64,000 nt of DNA, taken from contig OZ360225.1 in the NCBI GenBank assembly GCA_977017645.1, positions 6,324,001 to 6,388,000 of the forward strand. The letters are read 5' to 3'. Position 1 is the stretch's first letter. The number at the start of each line of letters is the position of its first letter. The DNA is from Torpedo marmorata (taxonomy: Eukaryota). The notes beneath the pieces are model-generated. The model made no database searches. It saw only the letters and a list, made by a program, of their open reading frames with translations, and was not told the origin of the DNA. This document shows positions 10,189-22,370 of the stretch, piece by piece. The position numbers were made by a program, and so were the translations under genes.

Positions 10189-11178
10189 TTAGTGGAAAGC
10201 AGAGAAGTCAATGTTAATGCCATCTGGCTGGAGAGTGCCGAGACGGAATATGAGATGTTGTTCCTCCAATTTGCGGGTAGTCTGGGTGGGATAGTACATG
10301 AGGCCATGGACAGACATGTGAGCGTGGGAGTGTGACCCAGAATTGAAATGGTTGGCTACTGGGAGGTCGCTGCTGCGGCGGACGGAGAGGAGGTGCTCAG
10401 CAAAGCGGTCTCCCAATCTCCGACCGGTCTCTCCAATGTAGAGAAAGCCACAAAGGGAGCACCGGATGCAGTAGATAAGTCCTTTGGATGTACAAGTGAA
10501 GTGTAGTTTCACTTGGAAGGCCTGTTTGGGGCCCTGGACCGTGGTGAGGGGGGAGGTGTGGGCGCAGGTGTTGCACCTACTGCGGGCACAGGGGAAGGTT
10601 CCGGGGGTGCGATGGGTGGGGAGGGACGAGTGCACGAGTGAATCGCGGAGGGAGCGGTCCCTGCGGAAGGCCGAGAGGGGAGGAGAAGGAAAAATGTGTC
10701 TGGTAGTGGGATCCTGCAGCAAGTGCCGGAAATTCCGGCGGATAATGTGTTGGACGCGGAGGCTGGTGGGGTGGTAGGTGAGGATGAGGGGTACTCTATG
10801 TTTGTTGCGTCTGGGGGCAGAGGGGGCCAGGGCAGATGAGCGGGAAATGGAGGAGATGCGGGTGAGGGCTGAGTTGATGGTGGTGGAAGGGAAGCCACGT
10901 TTGTGGAAAAAGGCAGACATTTCAGAAGATCTGGAGTGGAACACCTCATCTTGGGAACAGATGAGGCGGAGGCGGAGAAATTGAGAGAAGGGGATGGAGT
11001 CCTTGCAGGGGACAGGGTGTGAGGATGTGTAGTCCAGATAGTTGTGGGAGTTGGAGGGTTTGTAGTAAATGTCGGTGGAAAGCTTGTCTCCCGAGATGGA
11101 GACAGCGAGATCCAGGAAGGGGAGAGTGTTATCGGAGATGGACCAGGTGAGTTTGAGATCGTGGTGAAAGTTGGATGC
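10189..11178 (-). CDS. 5'-truncated Penelope ORF: RT C-terminus/thumb plus GIY-YIG endonuclease
   Basis: LPFLDL..IYYKP, CNTC zinc motif, LIYCIRC..LYIGETGRRL..RFAEH, GIN; the ORF-track N-terminus beyond 11178 is readthrough into the other arm. Confidence 0.9.
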   Translation of the reverse strand, partial: ASNFHHDLKLTWSISDNTLPFLDLAVSISGDKLSTDIYYKPSNSHNYLDYTSSHPVPCKDSIPFSQFLRLRLICSQDEVFHSRSSEMSAFFHKRGFPSTTINSALTRISSISRSSALAPSAPRRNKHRVPLILTYHPTSLRVQHIIRRNFRHLLQDPTTRHIFPSPPLSAFRRDRSLRDSLVHSSLPTHRTPGTFPCARSRCNTCAHTSPLTTVQGPKQAFQVKLHFTCTSKGLIYCIRCSLCGFLYIGETGRRLGDRFAEHLLSVRRSSDLPVANHFNSGSHSHAHMSVHGLMYYPTQTTRKLEEQHLIFRLGTLQPDGINIDFSAFH

Positions 11179-11194
11179 TTCCCTTCCACCACCA

Positions 11195-11922
11195 TCTGCC
11201 TTTTTCCACAAACGTGGCTTCCCTTCCACCACCATCAACTCAGCCCTCACCCGCATCTCCTCCATTTCCCGCTCATCTGCCCTGGCCCCCTCTGCCCCCA
11301 GACGCAACAAACATAGAGTACCCCTCATCCTCACCTACCACCCCACCAGCCTCCGCGTCCAACACATTATCCGCCGGAATTTCCGGCACTTGCTGCAGGA
11401 TCCCACTACCAGACACATTTTTCCTTCTCCTCCCCTCTCGGCCTTCCGCAGGGACCGCTCCCTCCGCGATTCACTCGTGCACTCGTCCCTCCCCACCCAT
11501 CGCACCCCCGGAATCTTCCCCTGTGCCCGCAGTAGGTGCAACACCTGCGCCCACACCTCCCCCCTCACCACGGTCCAGGGCCCCAAACAGGCCTTCCAAG
11601 TGAAACTACACTTCACTTGTACATCCAAAGGACTTATCTACTGCATCCGGTGCTCCCTTTGTGGCTTTCTCTACATTGGAGAGACCGGTCGGAGATTGGG
11701 AGACCGCTTTGCTGAGCACCTCCTCTCCGTCCGCCGCAGCAGCGACCTCCCAGTAGCCAACCATTTCAATTCTGGGTCACACTCCCACGCTCACATGTCT
11801 GTCCATGGCCTCATGTAATATCCCACCCAGACTACCCGCAAATTGGAGGAACAACATCTCATATTCCGTCTCGGCACTCTCCAGCCAGATGGCATTAACA
11901 TTGACTTTTCTGCTTTCCACTA
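11195..11922 (+). pseudogene. second, shorter copy of the Penelope ORF C-terminus with a premature TAA at 11816
   Basis: Mirror of the left arm; TAC in the left arm is TAA here. Confidence 0.88.
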
Positions 11923-12101
11923 ACCTGTTTGTTGTTCTCTCTCCCCCCTCCCCCCTCACCTGTTTTTTTCCACCCACCCAGCCATCCCTCCTCCCCCTCT
12001 TTGCTGCTGTCCCCTCCCTCCTTTCTCCACCTATCATCTCCTGCCTTTGCCACCTCCCTTCCCCCCTCACTCCTTTGTTCGGACGCCTGCCGGCATTTTC
12101 T

Positions 12102-12143
12102 CATACTTTGATGAAGGGCTCAAGCCCGAAACGTCGGTTATGT
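12102..12143 (+). ncRNA. minimal type I hammerhead ribozyme motif (right pLTR)
   Basis: TTGATGA-A-GGGC-TCAA-GCCC-GAAAC-GTC with CATA/TATG flanks; minimal hammerheads are known in Penelope pLTRs. Confidence 0.72.
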
Positions 12144-12338
12144 ATTTCTACCTTTGCTACATAAAAGACACTGTTTGACCTGCTGAGTTCTCCAGCTTTT
12201 GTGTTTTTTACTACATTATTACGGTGTCTACAGATTTTCGTGTTTTACTTCTATATTTGTATTGGTATCCTTCTGCGATCCTTTAAACAAAAATGACTTT
12301 TATGTGGCAGACATTTGTCGTTAGAAAAGCTTTACTCA

Positions 12339-15300
12339 TCAACAGATTAGGAGGGAGATGTCAGCGGATCTGACAGATAGAGATTGCTTAAAATTTAGTT
12401 ATGGTCGATTCTAGAAGTATAAATTTTGTAAGTATTAATGTTAATGGGCTTAATAATCCAATTAAGAGGAAAAAAACTCTGGCACATATTAAAAAATTAA
12501 AAGTTGATATAGCTTTTTTACAGGAAACACATTTGATTGATAAGGAACATCAAAAGTTAAAGAGAGAATGGGTGGGACATGTAGTAGCTTCATCTTTTAA
12601 TTCTAAAGCGAGAGGGGTAGCGATTTTAGTTAATAAAAAATTACCATTTAAAATACAATCAGTAGTGACTGATATAGCTGGTAGATATGTTTTAGTACAT
12701 TGTCAAATTTATTCAGAAACATGGACCTTTTTAAATTTATATGTTACAAATCCAGATGATGAACAATTTATTCAAGATACTTTTTTACATTTATCCGAGG
12801 CTAAGGAAAATATTTTAATTGGTGGAGATTTTAATTGTTGTCTTAATGCAAATATGGATAAAACAACTAGAACATCTGTTAGACCTAAAATAGTTAAAAT
12901 AATTATTACTTTAATGGATGACTTAAACTTGGTAGATATTTGGAGGAAGTTAAATCCTAGAGAAAAAGATTATTCATTTTATTCTTTTCGACACAATTCA
13001 TTCTCAAGGATTGATTTGTTTTTGATATCTTCACAAATTCAGGACAGAATAACTCAAATTTCTTATAAAGCAAGAATAATCTCAGATCATTCACCTTTAT
13101 TAATAACATGTATAATTCCAGAGAAAGAAAAAACTGTATATAACTGGAGATTAGACTCTTCTTTATTAAATAGAAAAGATTTTTGTGAATATATAAGAAA
13201 AGAAATTCAGGAATTTTTAAGAATTAATAATAATTCAGTTAATGATAAGTTTATAATTTGGGAATCTTTAAAAGCATATTTAAGAGGTTTGATAATAAGT
13301 TTTTCGGCAAAAATTAGAAAAGATTATTTGAAAGAAGAAGAAAAATTGGAAGGGGAGATTGAATTTATGGAAAAAGATTTTCAAAGAAATAAAACAATTT
13401 TTAAGAGACAACGTTTAATTGGGAAAAAATTACATTATAATATATTACAAACTCGAAAAATAGAAAAATTAATTGGTAGAACAAAGCAAAGATATTATGA
13501 ATTGGGAGAAAGAGCACATAAAGCTTTAGCATGGCAATTAAAAAAAGAACAAGTTTCTAAAACTATAAATGCAATAAAGAAAAGTACCGGTGAAATAACT
13601 TATAAACCTCAAGATATAAATAATTCATTTAGAGAGTATTATCAGAATTTATACACTTCGCAGATGAATCAAGATGTTACAAAAATTGATAATTTTTAAT
13701 CTAAAATTACATTGCCTAAATTGAATAGTTTTAATAGAGATTTGTTAGATTTACCCATTACAATGAGAGAAGTAGGTGAAGCTTTATCGTCATTGAAAAG
13801 TGGTAAATCTCCTGGTGATGATGGATTTCCGATAGAGTTTTATAAGAAGTTTAAAGATTTACTGATACCTATATATATGGAAGTGTTGACTCAAATAAAG
13901 GAAACTCATTTATTACCGAAAACATTTTTAAATGCTATTATTACAGTTATACCAAAGAAAGATAGAGATGTATTAAAAACTGAGTCGTATAGACCTATAT
14001 CATTGTTGAATGTAGATTATAAAATAATGGCAAAAATTTTGACAAATAGATTAGCTAAGTTCTTACCATTTTTAATACATCCAGACCAAGCAGGATTTAT
14101 TAAAAATAGATATTCGAAGGATAATATAGCAAGATTAATAAGTTTAATTAATTTACAAAAAAGGAAACAGGATTTGCTGTTAGTGATAGCATTAGATGCA
14201 GAAAAAGCATTTGATAGATTAGAATGGAATTTTTTATTTAAGGTTTTAGAGAAATATGGATTTGGAAATATTTTTATAAATTGGATTAAGACTATATATA
14301 AGGAACCTACAGCTAGAGTAATTACAAATGGTCAAATATCATCTAAATTTTCCTTGACACGATCAACAAGACAAGGATGTCCTTTGTCACCTGCTTTGTT
14401 TGTATTGGCAATAGAACTGTTGGCTGAAATGATTAGGAAAAATACTAATATAAATGGGATTAAAGTAGGTACAGAAGAACATAAAATTAGTTTGTTTGCA
14501 GATGATGTATTAATATATATGACGAAATCTATTGAATCGCTTCAACAATTAGATAAGATATTGAGGGAGTATGGTGAGATATCTGGATATAAAATAAACT
14601 CGGATAAGAGTGAGATAATGGCTTTATCTCAAGGAGACTATACTAAATGTAAAGAAGTTACAAAATTTAAATGGGCTAAAGAAGCAATTAAATATTTGGG
14701 AGTTAAAGTAGATACAAAATTGGAAAATTTATATAAATTAAATTATATACCTTTATTTCAGAAAATAAAGAAAGATTTGGAAAATTGGAAAGATTTACCT
14801 ATCACTCTAATGGGAAGAGTGAATTGTATTAAAATGAATATTTTTCCAAGAGTTCAATATCTTTTTCAATCTATACCTTTTGGTATTCCTCAAAAATTTT
14901 TCAAAGATTTAAAAATCATTGTTAGAAAGTTTTTATGGAAAGGAAAATTAGCAAGGGTAAGTATAGATAAATTAACTTGGGAATACGAAATGGGTGGATT
15001 ACAGCTTCCCAATTTTCAATATTACTATAAGGCAGCACAATTAAAATTTATTAATGAATTTTTTGACTTAACTAAAAATACTGCTTGGATTAATATAGAA
15101 TTGAGTAATATAGGGGAAAGATATAAGGAAGATATTATTTATAAATGGAATTCTAAATTATTATTAATTAAAAAGAAAAAATCACCGATTATTAAACATT
15201 TATTGGAAATTTGGACTCAGATAGATAATGAGATAGGACGAAAAGGATCAATATCTTTAAATATGCCATTATATCAGAATTTATTGTTACCTTTTTCTAT

Positions 15301-16506
15301 TGATAACCAATTTTTAAAATTATGGTATCAAAAAGGAATTAAGAAGATCGAAGATTGCTTTGAGGCGGGAAGATTTGTTACTTTTTCTAGGTTGAAAGAA
15401 AAATTTGGAATAATGGATAATACGATTTTGGCTTATTATCAGGTTAAAGGATTTTTAGTTGAGAAATTGGGGAATCAATTAATATCTCCTAGACAAGATG
15501 GATTAGAGTTACTAATTACTAATGGAAATGTTAATAAATTTATATCACAAATGTATAAACTACTTCAGAGAAAGATGCCTAAAGTAGGATTACATAAATC
15601 TAGATTAAATTGGGAGTCAGATTTAAATATTAGTATAGATAACAACATTGGAAAGAATTATGTAAATTGAGTATGACTAAAATTATTAATGTTAGATATA
15701 GATTAGTACAATATAATTTTTTTCATCAATTATATATAACACCTAAAAAATTAAAGAAATTTAATCCGGCATTATCAGATATGTGTTTTAGGTGTAAAGA
15801 TGAAATAGGTTCTTTTGTACACTGTACATGGTCATGTTTAAAAATTCAAAATTTTTGGTCTAAAGTTAAGGATTTTTTAGATAGAATTTTCAATATTACG
15901 ATTCCAATGGATCCTATGGTATTTTTATTTGGAGATATTAAAAAAAATTAGTATTAGAAATAGATTGAATATGTATCAAATAGAATTTTTACGAATTGTG
16001 TTAGCGATTTCTAAAAAATGTATCGCTATTACTTGGAAATCAGATTTAGATTTGAATTTAGATAGACTACATGCAGAATTACGTTCTTGTATACCATTGG
16101 AAAAAATTACATATAATTTACGAGATAAATATCATTTCTTTTTGAAAATTTGGAGCCCATATATGAGAATTATGGGTATGAATTAATTCTCTAAAAGTTG
16201 GTACCGCTGACAAATGTAACCTCCAATATATAAGTAGAGTTAGCTTGTAATTGTTTTCTCCTCATTCTAACTCTTAAATCTTTAATATTCAATTCTATTC
16301 TTTTTTTTTCTTCTTTTTAACTAATACCTCTTTTTTTTTTCTCTTTCCTTTCCTTTTTTTTATTAGAATAGTGTGGGAGGGTTGGGGAGGGGAGGGTGGG
16401 AGGGGAGGAGGTAATATATCACATGTATTTTGAATGGTATACTATTTTTGATTTATGTATTTTGTGATTTTAAAAGTTAAATAAAATTATTAAAAAAAAA
16501 AAAAAA
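12339..16506 (+). mobile_element. L1 (fish-type), 5'-truncated just upstream of ORF2
   Basis: ORF2, T-rich and G-rich 3'UTR, AATAAA and poly(A); 16-bp TSD AGAAAAGCTT(T/C)ACTCA at 12323-12338 and 16507-16522. Confidence 0.95.
12401..16186 (+). pseudogene. ORF2: L1 ORF2 (APE-RT-CCHC), one stop and two frameshifts
   Basis: FLQETH, GGDFN, SDH, QGCPLSP, FADD and CFRC..H..C motifs; TAA at 13697; frameshifts near 15640 and 15945. Confidence 0.93.
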
Positions 16507-16607
16507 AGAAAAGCTTCACTCAATTGTAGTCTGTGGTCACCCTTACTTTTCCAAAGGCATCTCAGCTCCCTACCTGCCAGCTCCACCTCTGGTATTGCAC
16601 TCAACAC

Positions 16608-16901
16608 CATAAGACGTAGAAGCCCAATTAGGCCATTCGGCCCATCGAGACTGCTTGCCATTCAAATCACGGCTGATGCATTTTTCCTCTGAATTCCATT
16701 CTCCCCAGAACCTTTGACACCCTGACTAATCAAGAACCTCTGATTTAAATATACAAATGACTTGGTCTCCGCAGTCATCTTTGACAAAGAATTCCACAGA
16801 CTCACCACCCACTGGAAGGAGGAATATCTCCTCATCTCTGTTCTAAACTGATGTACTTTTATTCTGAGGCTGTGCCCTCTGGTCCTAGACTCTCCCACTA
16901 C
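16608..16901 (-). mobile_element. CR1 LINE 3' fragment
   Basis: SRTRGHSLRI..FRTEMRR motif and CR1-type 3' end. Confidence 0.8.
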
Positions 16902-16905
16902 TCTT

Positions 16906-17838
16906 AAGTTCAAGTTCAAGTTTATTGTCATCTGATTGTTCATATACACATACAACCTGACGAAACTGCGTATCTCAGGACCATAGTGCACACACACAGA
17001 CCCACCGTACACCCTACACCCAAACTACATATGTACATAGCAATCCAAATTAAATATATATAAAAATAATTTATGGGTTTCTAGAATTGTTCAACAGTCT
17101 CATCGCTTGCGGGAAGAAGCTGTTTCCCAGCCTAGCAGTCCTGGTTTTAATGCTCCTGTACATCCTTCTTCAAGGTAGTGTCTCAAAGATACTGAAGGCT
17201 GAATGGTAAAGATCCTCAATGATTCTCTAAGTCCTCTTTCAGCACTACTATCATCGATAGAGGGAAGGGAGATCCCAGTAATCTTCTTAGCAGTTTTAAT
17301 AACCCTTTGTTCTGAACCCAGCACCAATATCCTGAATATGACTGGGATTGTCTGATCTTGTATGCTAAGCAGGCACAGGACTGGTCAGTACTTGGAGAGG
17401 AGACCGCCAAGGAACACCAGGTGCTGTAGGTTTCTGTGAGGGGCGTTGGACAAAGTAGCGACTCTCTGTCTGCCTTACGGTAGACAAAAATTAAACAATT
17501 TCATGTATGTTACATTCTAAATGTAGTATTACGTGACAATAATGGAACCTTTACCTTTACCTCCTATCTGATGCTTTGCAGCTACCATACCACACTATGA
17601 TGCAGCCAGACAGGAAACTCTCTATTGTGCTCCTGCAGAACGTTGTAAGGATGTTGCCCTCCTCAACCTCCTTAGGAAGTGTAGACTAATGAGGAAGTGT
17701 TGTAGGTCCAGAATAGGTCATAATTTAAATGGGTGCGAAGGAATTTTGAGCTTCATACTCTGCCTGTGATGGAGAAATTGATATGTAGTGAGGAGTGTTC
17801 CTTCATCCTCCTGAAGTTCACAATCATCTCCTTTGTCT
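16906..17838 (-). mobile_element. Rex/Babar LINE 3' fragment interrupted by a 5S-derived SINE
   Basis: (AAGTTC)n tail; QRVIKTAKKITGISLPS motif. Confidence 0.75.
17316..17561 (+). mobile_element. 5S rRNA-derived SINE (SINE3 type) with Rex/Babar-like tail
   Basis: 17316-17433 aligns to vertebrate 5S rRNA (GTCTGATCT..GCTAAGCAGG..CTGGTCAGTACTTGG..GGAGACCGCC..GGTGCTGTAGG); ends GTGACAATAA..(ACCTTT)n. Confidence 0.8.
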
Positions 17839-18274
17839 TGTGCTCTGAGAAGTTAATCCCTGGAGCAAACCATGGATTTGACTGTTGAGTTTCTGAATGC
17901 TTTGTGCAATGTAGTCTCCTTGGGTTCCTGTGATTTCTTGGATGTATTGTGGAAGGTTAATTTCATTTGTGATAAAGAATGGTTCGTACAGACAAAAATA
18001 CCCATTGTAAGTTAGTTTTAACCGCAATAAAATTCTTGGTGCGAGGAAGGGCAGGTTTTCAGCATCAGCAATGTGTTTAGTGATCTGTGAGGACACAGAG
18101 GTCAGCCACAGTCTGACCATGAGAGTAGTGTTATGTCCCTTTAAATAATGTTGTTACCGAGTGTTCATCTTTAGTTCTTCTGTGAGTGTCATTTCTCAGC
18201 CAATGTGGTTGAAAATTCTGGTTGATGGTATCCTGATCTGAGGAAGCTTGCTATTGGGGAGGTGCAGCAAAGGT

Positions 18275-18735
18275 TCATCAGATTGATTCCTGTGAGGGCA
18301 GAACTGATGAATGAAGACTGGATAAACTAGGGTTATACCCATTGGAATTTAAAAGAATGAGAGGGGATCTCATCGAGACATACAAAATTCTGACAGAACA
18401 AGACAGGTTAGATGCAGGAAGAATGTTCCCAGTGATGGGGAGGTCCAGAACTTGGGGGTCATTGCCTAAGGATAAGGGAGAAGCCATTGAGAACTAGATT
18501 GATGAGAAACATTTTCACTCAGTGAGTGGTGAACTTGTGGAAGTTCCCTTCACATGCCAGCTCGTTGGATATATTCAAAAGGGAGTTGGAAGTGGCCCTC
18601 ATGGCCAAATGGATCAAGGGATATGGAGAGAAAGCAGGAATAAGGTACTGAATTTGCAAGGGTCGGCCATCATCGTATTGAATGGAGGTGCAGACTCGAA
18701 GGACTGAATGACCATCTATGACACCTATTTTCAAT
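18275..18735 (+). mobile_element. CR1 LINE 3' fragment
   Basis: Homologous to the 3' end of the CR1 at 28590-29090. Confidence 0.8.
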
Positions 18736-19004
18736 GAATCTGTGGACAACTGATGCTAGCACATCCAGAAATGTTCACAAAATTGCTTGACTCTGCACTG
18801 ATTTTTAGCATCATGATATCAAGTTTTGTTGGTTTAATGCCTGTGAATTTCTGGGCCAATGACATCAAAGTGAGAGTGGTATGGACAATTAAAGTGTCAA
18901 AAATAGGGATAATGCTTGCAGGCAGAATGAAGGTATTCCATGAAGTGGCCACACAATCTATGTTTGGCTGCTATTGTACAGAGAACTTGTGAGCAGTAAA
19001 TACC

Positions 19005-19846
19005 GTAGGTGGAGCTGCTGCAACAGCAGTGCTGCCGCTGGTGCGGACCCGCAGAGAGTGGGGAGTGGAGGTACAGCGCTGTCCGCAGGGTTCTACCACC
19101 CAGTCCAACTACTAATGGCTCCATACAGGCTTTAAACGGCCTGTTAAAAGAACTAATGGTGGTTTATTTTAAAATCCTGTGACCACGGCGTCTGGGCCTA
19201 AGATGGCGGCTTCGATGATTGGCAGCGGTCTCAAGAGGTTGCAGACTCCTGGGAAGCAGAGGACTGGTGCAGAGCACCAGAAAACGGGGAGACCACCCCC
19301 AGTTTGAGAAGGAGAAGGAGAGGAGATGACCCACAGGACGGTGACCACGGCGGCAGACCAGTGAGGGGCTTTACGGCTGAAGAACACATAGGTGGCAGGC
19401 TGTTGGCGACTCGAGGCAAGGAACCCACGCAGGCTGCGGCTTGCTGGATATTGCGGTCAAAGGACTCACACCAGGCTGCGGACTGCTGGAGACTGGCTCG
19501 AGGCCGTCTGAAATGGTACCAGGTATCGGAACCGGCATGCGAGAGGGTGCCGAGGGCACTGGAAGTTTCCTGATCATGTCGGATGTTTGGATCTGGAGCT
19601 CGGGTTGTTGATGGTTTGGACTGGAGTCTGTGTGGATGCGGAGGCTGCGGGAGCGCTGGAGGAGAATCCATGGACACTCAGTGACTCTGGGAGGACTCTC
19701 TTTTTGCTTCCCTTTCCCTGACTGTAAGGGGTGCCAGGCAATTTCTGCTGATGGTGAATCTGTCTGCCTTACAGCAGACTAAAGTCAATTGTGTGTAATA
19801 TTACATCTATTTTATTACATGACAATAAAGGAATCTTGAATCTTGA
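19005..19846 (+). mobile_element. non-coding GC-rich element with Rex/Babar-like 3' tail (non-autonomous LINE derivative)
   Basis: Ends TCTGTCTGCCTTAC..ATGACAATAAAG(GAATCTT)n; internal part is repeated at 61457-61770. Confidence 0.6.
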
Positions 19847-20175
19847 TAGATGTGCAGGCAAATCATTCTGTCACATATGAGGAGTGAATGTGTCCTAGAA
19901 ATTCAGGAAGAGAGGAGGTAAATGAGCAAATGTTGTATCCCCTGCCAACCCACGCTGGAAAGGAAGGTTTGGTTGGATTTCAACTGATCACAGCTTCATC
20001 AGGTCAAGAAAGCAGTCTTGCACGTAAAGCAATTCTGGTCCCATGCGAGTCAACGGTGAAACTTAAATAACCACCAAACTTTTCTCAGATTGTGTTGAGA
20101 TTTGCCAATAAACAAAAACTGCACAAGAGCTATCCACAGTTCAGATCCACCAGCACTATTTCATGAGTAGAACAT

Positions 20176-20441
20176 TGGATTTCAGATTTCACATTTATTG
20201 TCAGACATCACATACAGCCCTGAGATTCCCTTTCCTGCGGGCGAGGCAGAGTTACCACTAATTGGTAATGAAAAAAAAACCTGCACTCAACGTACACATG
20301 TAAACAAATAAAGAAATGTAAACAAACTGATGAGTGCAATACAGAGAGAAAAAAAAAATCAATGAAGTGCAAAAGTAAGAGTTCTTAAATAAATCCCTGA
20401 TTGAGTTTGTTGTTGAGGTGTCTGATGGTGGAGGGGTAGCA
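20176..20441 (-). mobile_element. Rex/Babar LINE 3' end
   Basis: Reverse-complement similarity to 25300-25575, (ATTTCAG)n tail. Confidence 0.8.
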
Positions 20442-20544
20442 GAAGGTACCAAAAGATATTAAGCGGACTTTAAATTTTTCAGCTCATAACTTACTCAAAG
20501 CTTTTTTTTAAGCAACTCCTAAACGTTGCTATTGCTTTTCATAG

Positions 20545-20870
20545 AAACCACAAAACAATACAGCACATTGCTATTGCTCTTCGTAGAACTATAGAACACT
20601 ACAGCACAGAAACAGGCCCTTCAGCCCTTCCAGTTCATGCCAAACTATTATTCTGCCTGGTTCCAATGACCTGCACCACGACCATAACCTCCATACCTGT
20701 CCCATCCATGTACCTATCCAAATGTTTCTTAAATGTTAAAATCGAGCCTGCATTCATCACTTTAGCTGGCAGCTCGTTCCACACTCACATCACTTTCTGC
20801 ATGAAGTAGTTCCCCTCAACATCTCACCTTTCACCCCTAACCCATGTCCTCTAGTTCTTGTATCACTTAA
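20545..20870 (-). mobile_element. CR1 LINE 3' fragment
   Basis: CR1-type 3' end, similar to 31140-31480. Confidence 0.7.
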
Positions 20871-22049
20871 TTCATATTAATTCATGGATTACGTTTTGTC
20901 AATCTTAGCCTAGAGCAATTGAAACAGCCTATTCACATTTAATTAGAAGGTGAATGCTTAATTGTAGTGTTTAAGATGTTGATGTTGCTCGTCACTGGGG
21001 ATGAACCAGAAGAGTAAGGTTGCTTTTCATTAAGACTGGGAATTATATGTAAAATAATCCACTTATTTCCTTTCTCAGTGAGTTTCTACAAAAATTAAAT
21101 TATCATATTGAAAGAAATATTGATTATTTCTTCACAAATAATGTGCAATGTGAGTAAAAAGTGCTTTGCTGGAACAAACAAAATGATGTTTTAATGCATC
21201 TTTTCCTGCTACCTCAAGAAAGATCTATACAAAGTGATAAAGGAATTGCGAATGGAATGAGCATTCAATCAAGAAGTGACTCGCGCACCGATATAATAAA
21301 ATACCAATGTGTTGCTCTCCTTCAAAAGTACTATCTGTCTTTGCTAAATATGTGCAAAGGTCCTCATAGCCACAGAAATAGCTGCTCATTCATCCTTCTT
21401 TCTTTCTTATTCCAACGCACTTGCTTCCCACGTATTATAATATTCTTCAGCCTAATTCAAAACAACCATTAAATGGCATTCTGATTATGCATATGCTGAA
21501 GAAACTCAACTTTCCACCAAACTACTAACTTACACAGATATATTTATTTTTTATGTGTGGTAAATTTATTGGGATATTTTATGGATGGTATATTTCCCAC
21601 TACATGCGTCATTAATATGGCAAGAAATTCTATTGTAAAATGCAAGGTGTTTATGACTGATGCAACAGAATATCTCCCAAAATGTCTTTGCAAACTGCAA
21701 CTAGGAATTCTGTGTCTTACACATGCTTGGAAAATTCTATACTGACACACTTAAGGTCAGAGATAGCTTGGCAAGTGGCCATGTTGTCAAATGATGCACA
21801 TAGTGTGATGACATAATTAGAACCGAATTGTAGAGTTAATGTATGCTGCCCAAACCTTATCGCTCTGGGCTCCAGCCCAGCGATAAACCTGAGATGAAGG
21901 TCTAAACCTGTGCAATTTGTATTCAATCTGCCATCTGATTGCTCCAGAATTGTCCAAAAGTTCTCTCACTGATTGGCAAGTCTCACACCACTAGTGGAAC
22001 ATCACCAAGTGCTCGTGGAAGTCCAACCACAAATATGTCTGCCATGGAG

Positions 22050-22370
22050 AGTTCAATACAAGAGTGCAAAACTTCAGGATTGAAGGGCGTCCGCTTAGAA
22101 CTGAGATGCACAGGAATTTCCTTAGCCAAAGGGTGGTATATCTATGGAATTTTTTGCCACAGGCAGCTGTAGGGGCCAGGACATTAGGGGTATTTAAGGC
22201 AGAGATTGATAGTTTCTTGATTAGCCATGGCATCAAAGGTTATGGGGAGAAGGCAGGGTAGTGGGGCTCAGTGGGAAAATAGATCAGTTCATAATTAACT
22301 GGTGGGGCAGACTCGATGGGCTGAATAGCTCATTTCTGCTCCTACTGTATGTCTTATGGTCTTATGGATA
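22050..22370 (+). mobile_element. CR1 LINE 3' fragment
   Basis: RIEGRPLRTEMHRNFLSQRVVYLWN motif; CTTATG tail. Confidence 0.8.

Larger units (their letters stand above)
9901..12249. mobile_element. Penelope-like element (GIY-YIG), inverted-duplicated structure
   Basis: 9901-10917 is the reverse complement of 11195-12211; flanked by direct repeat TCTATATTTGTATTGGTA (9886-9903, 12250-12267). Confidence 0.95.

Noticed and set aside
10918-11334. 381-aa ORF with a novel N-terminus
   Set aside because: The N-terminal part is antisense readthrough of the inverted arm.
17316-17433. 5S rRNA gene
   Set aside because: Too diverged, no T4 terminator, and fused to a LINE-like tail; called as a SINE.
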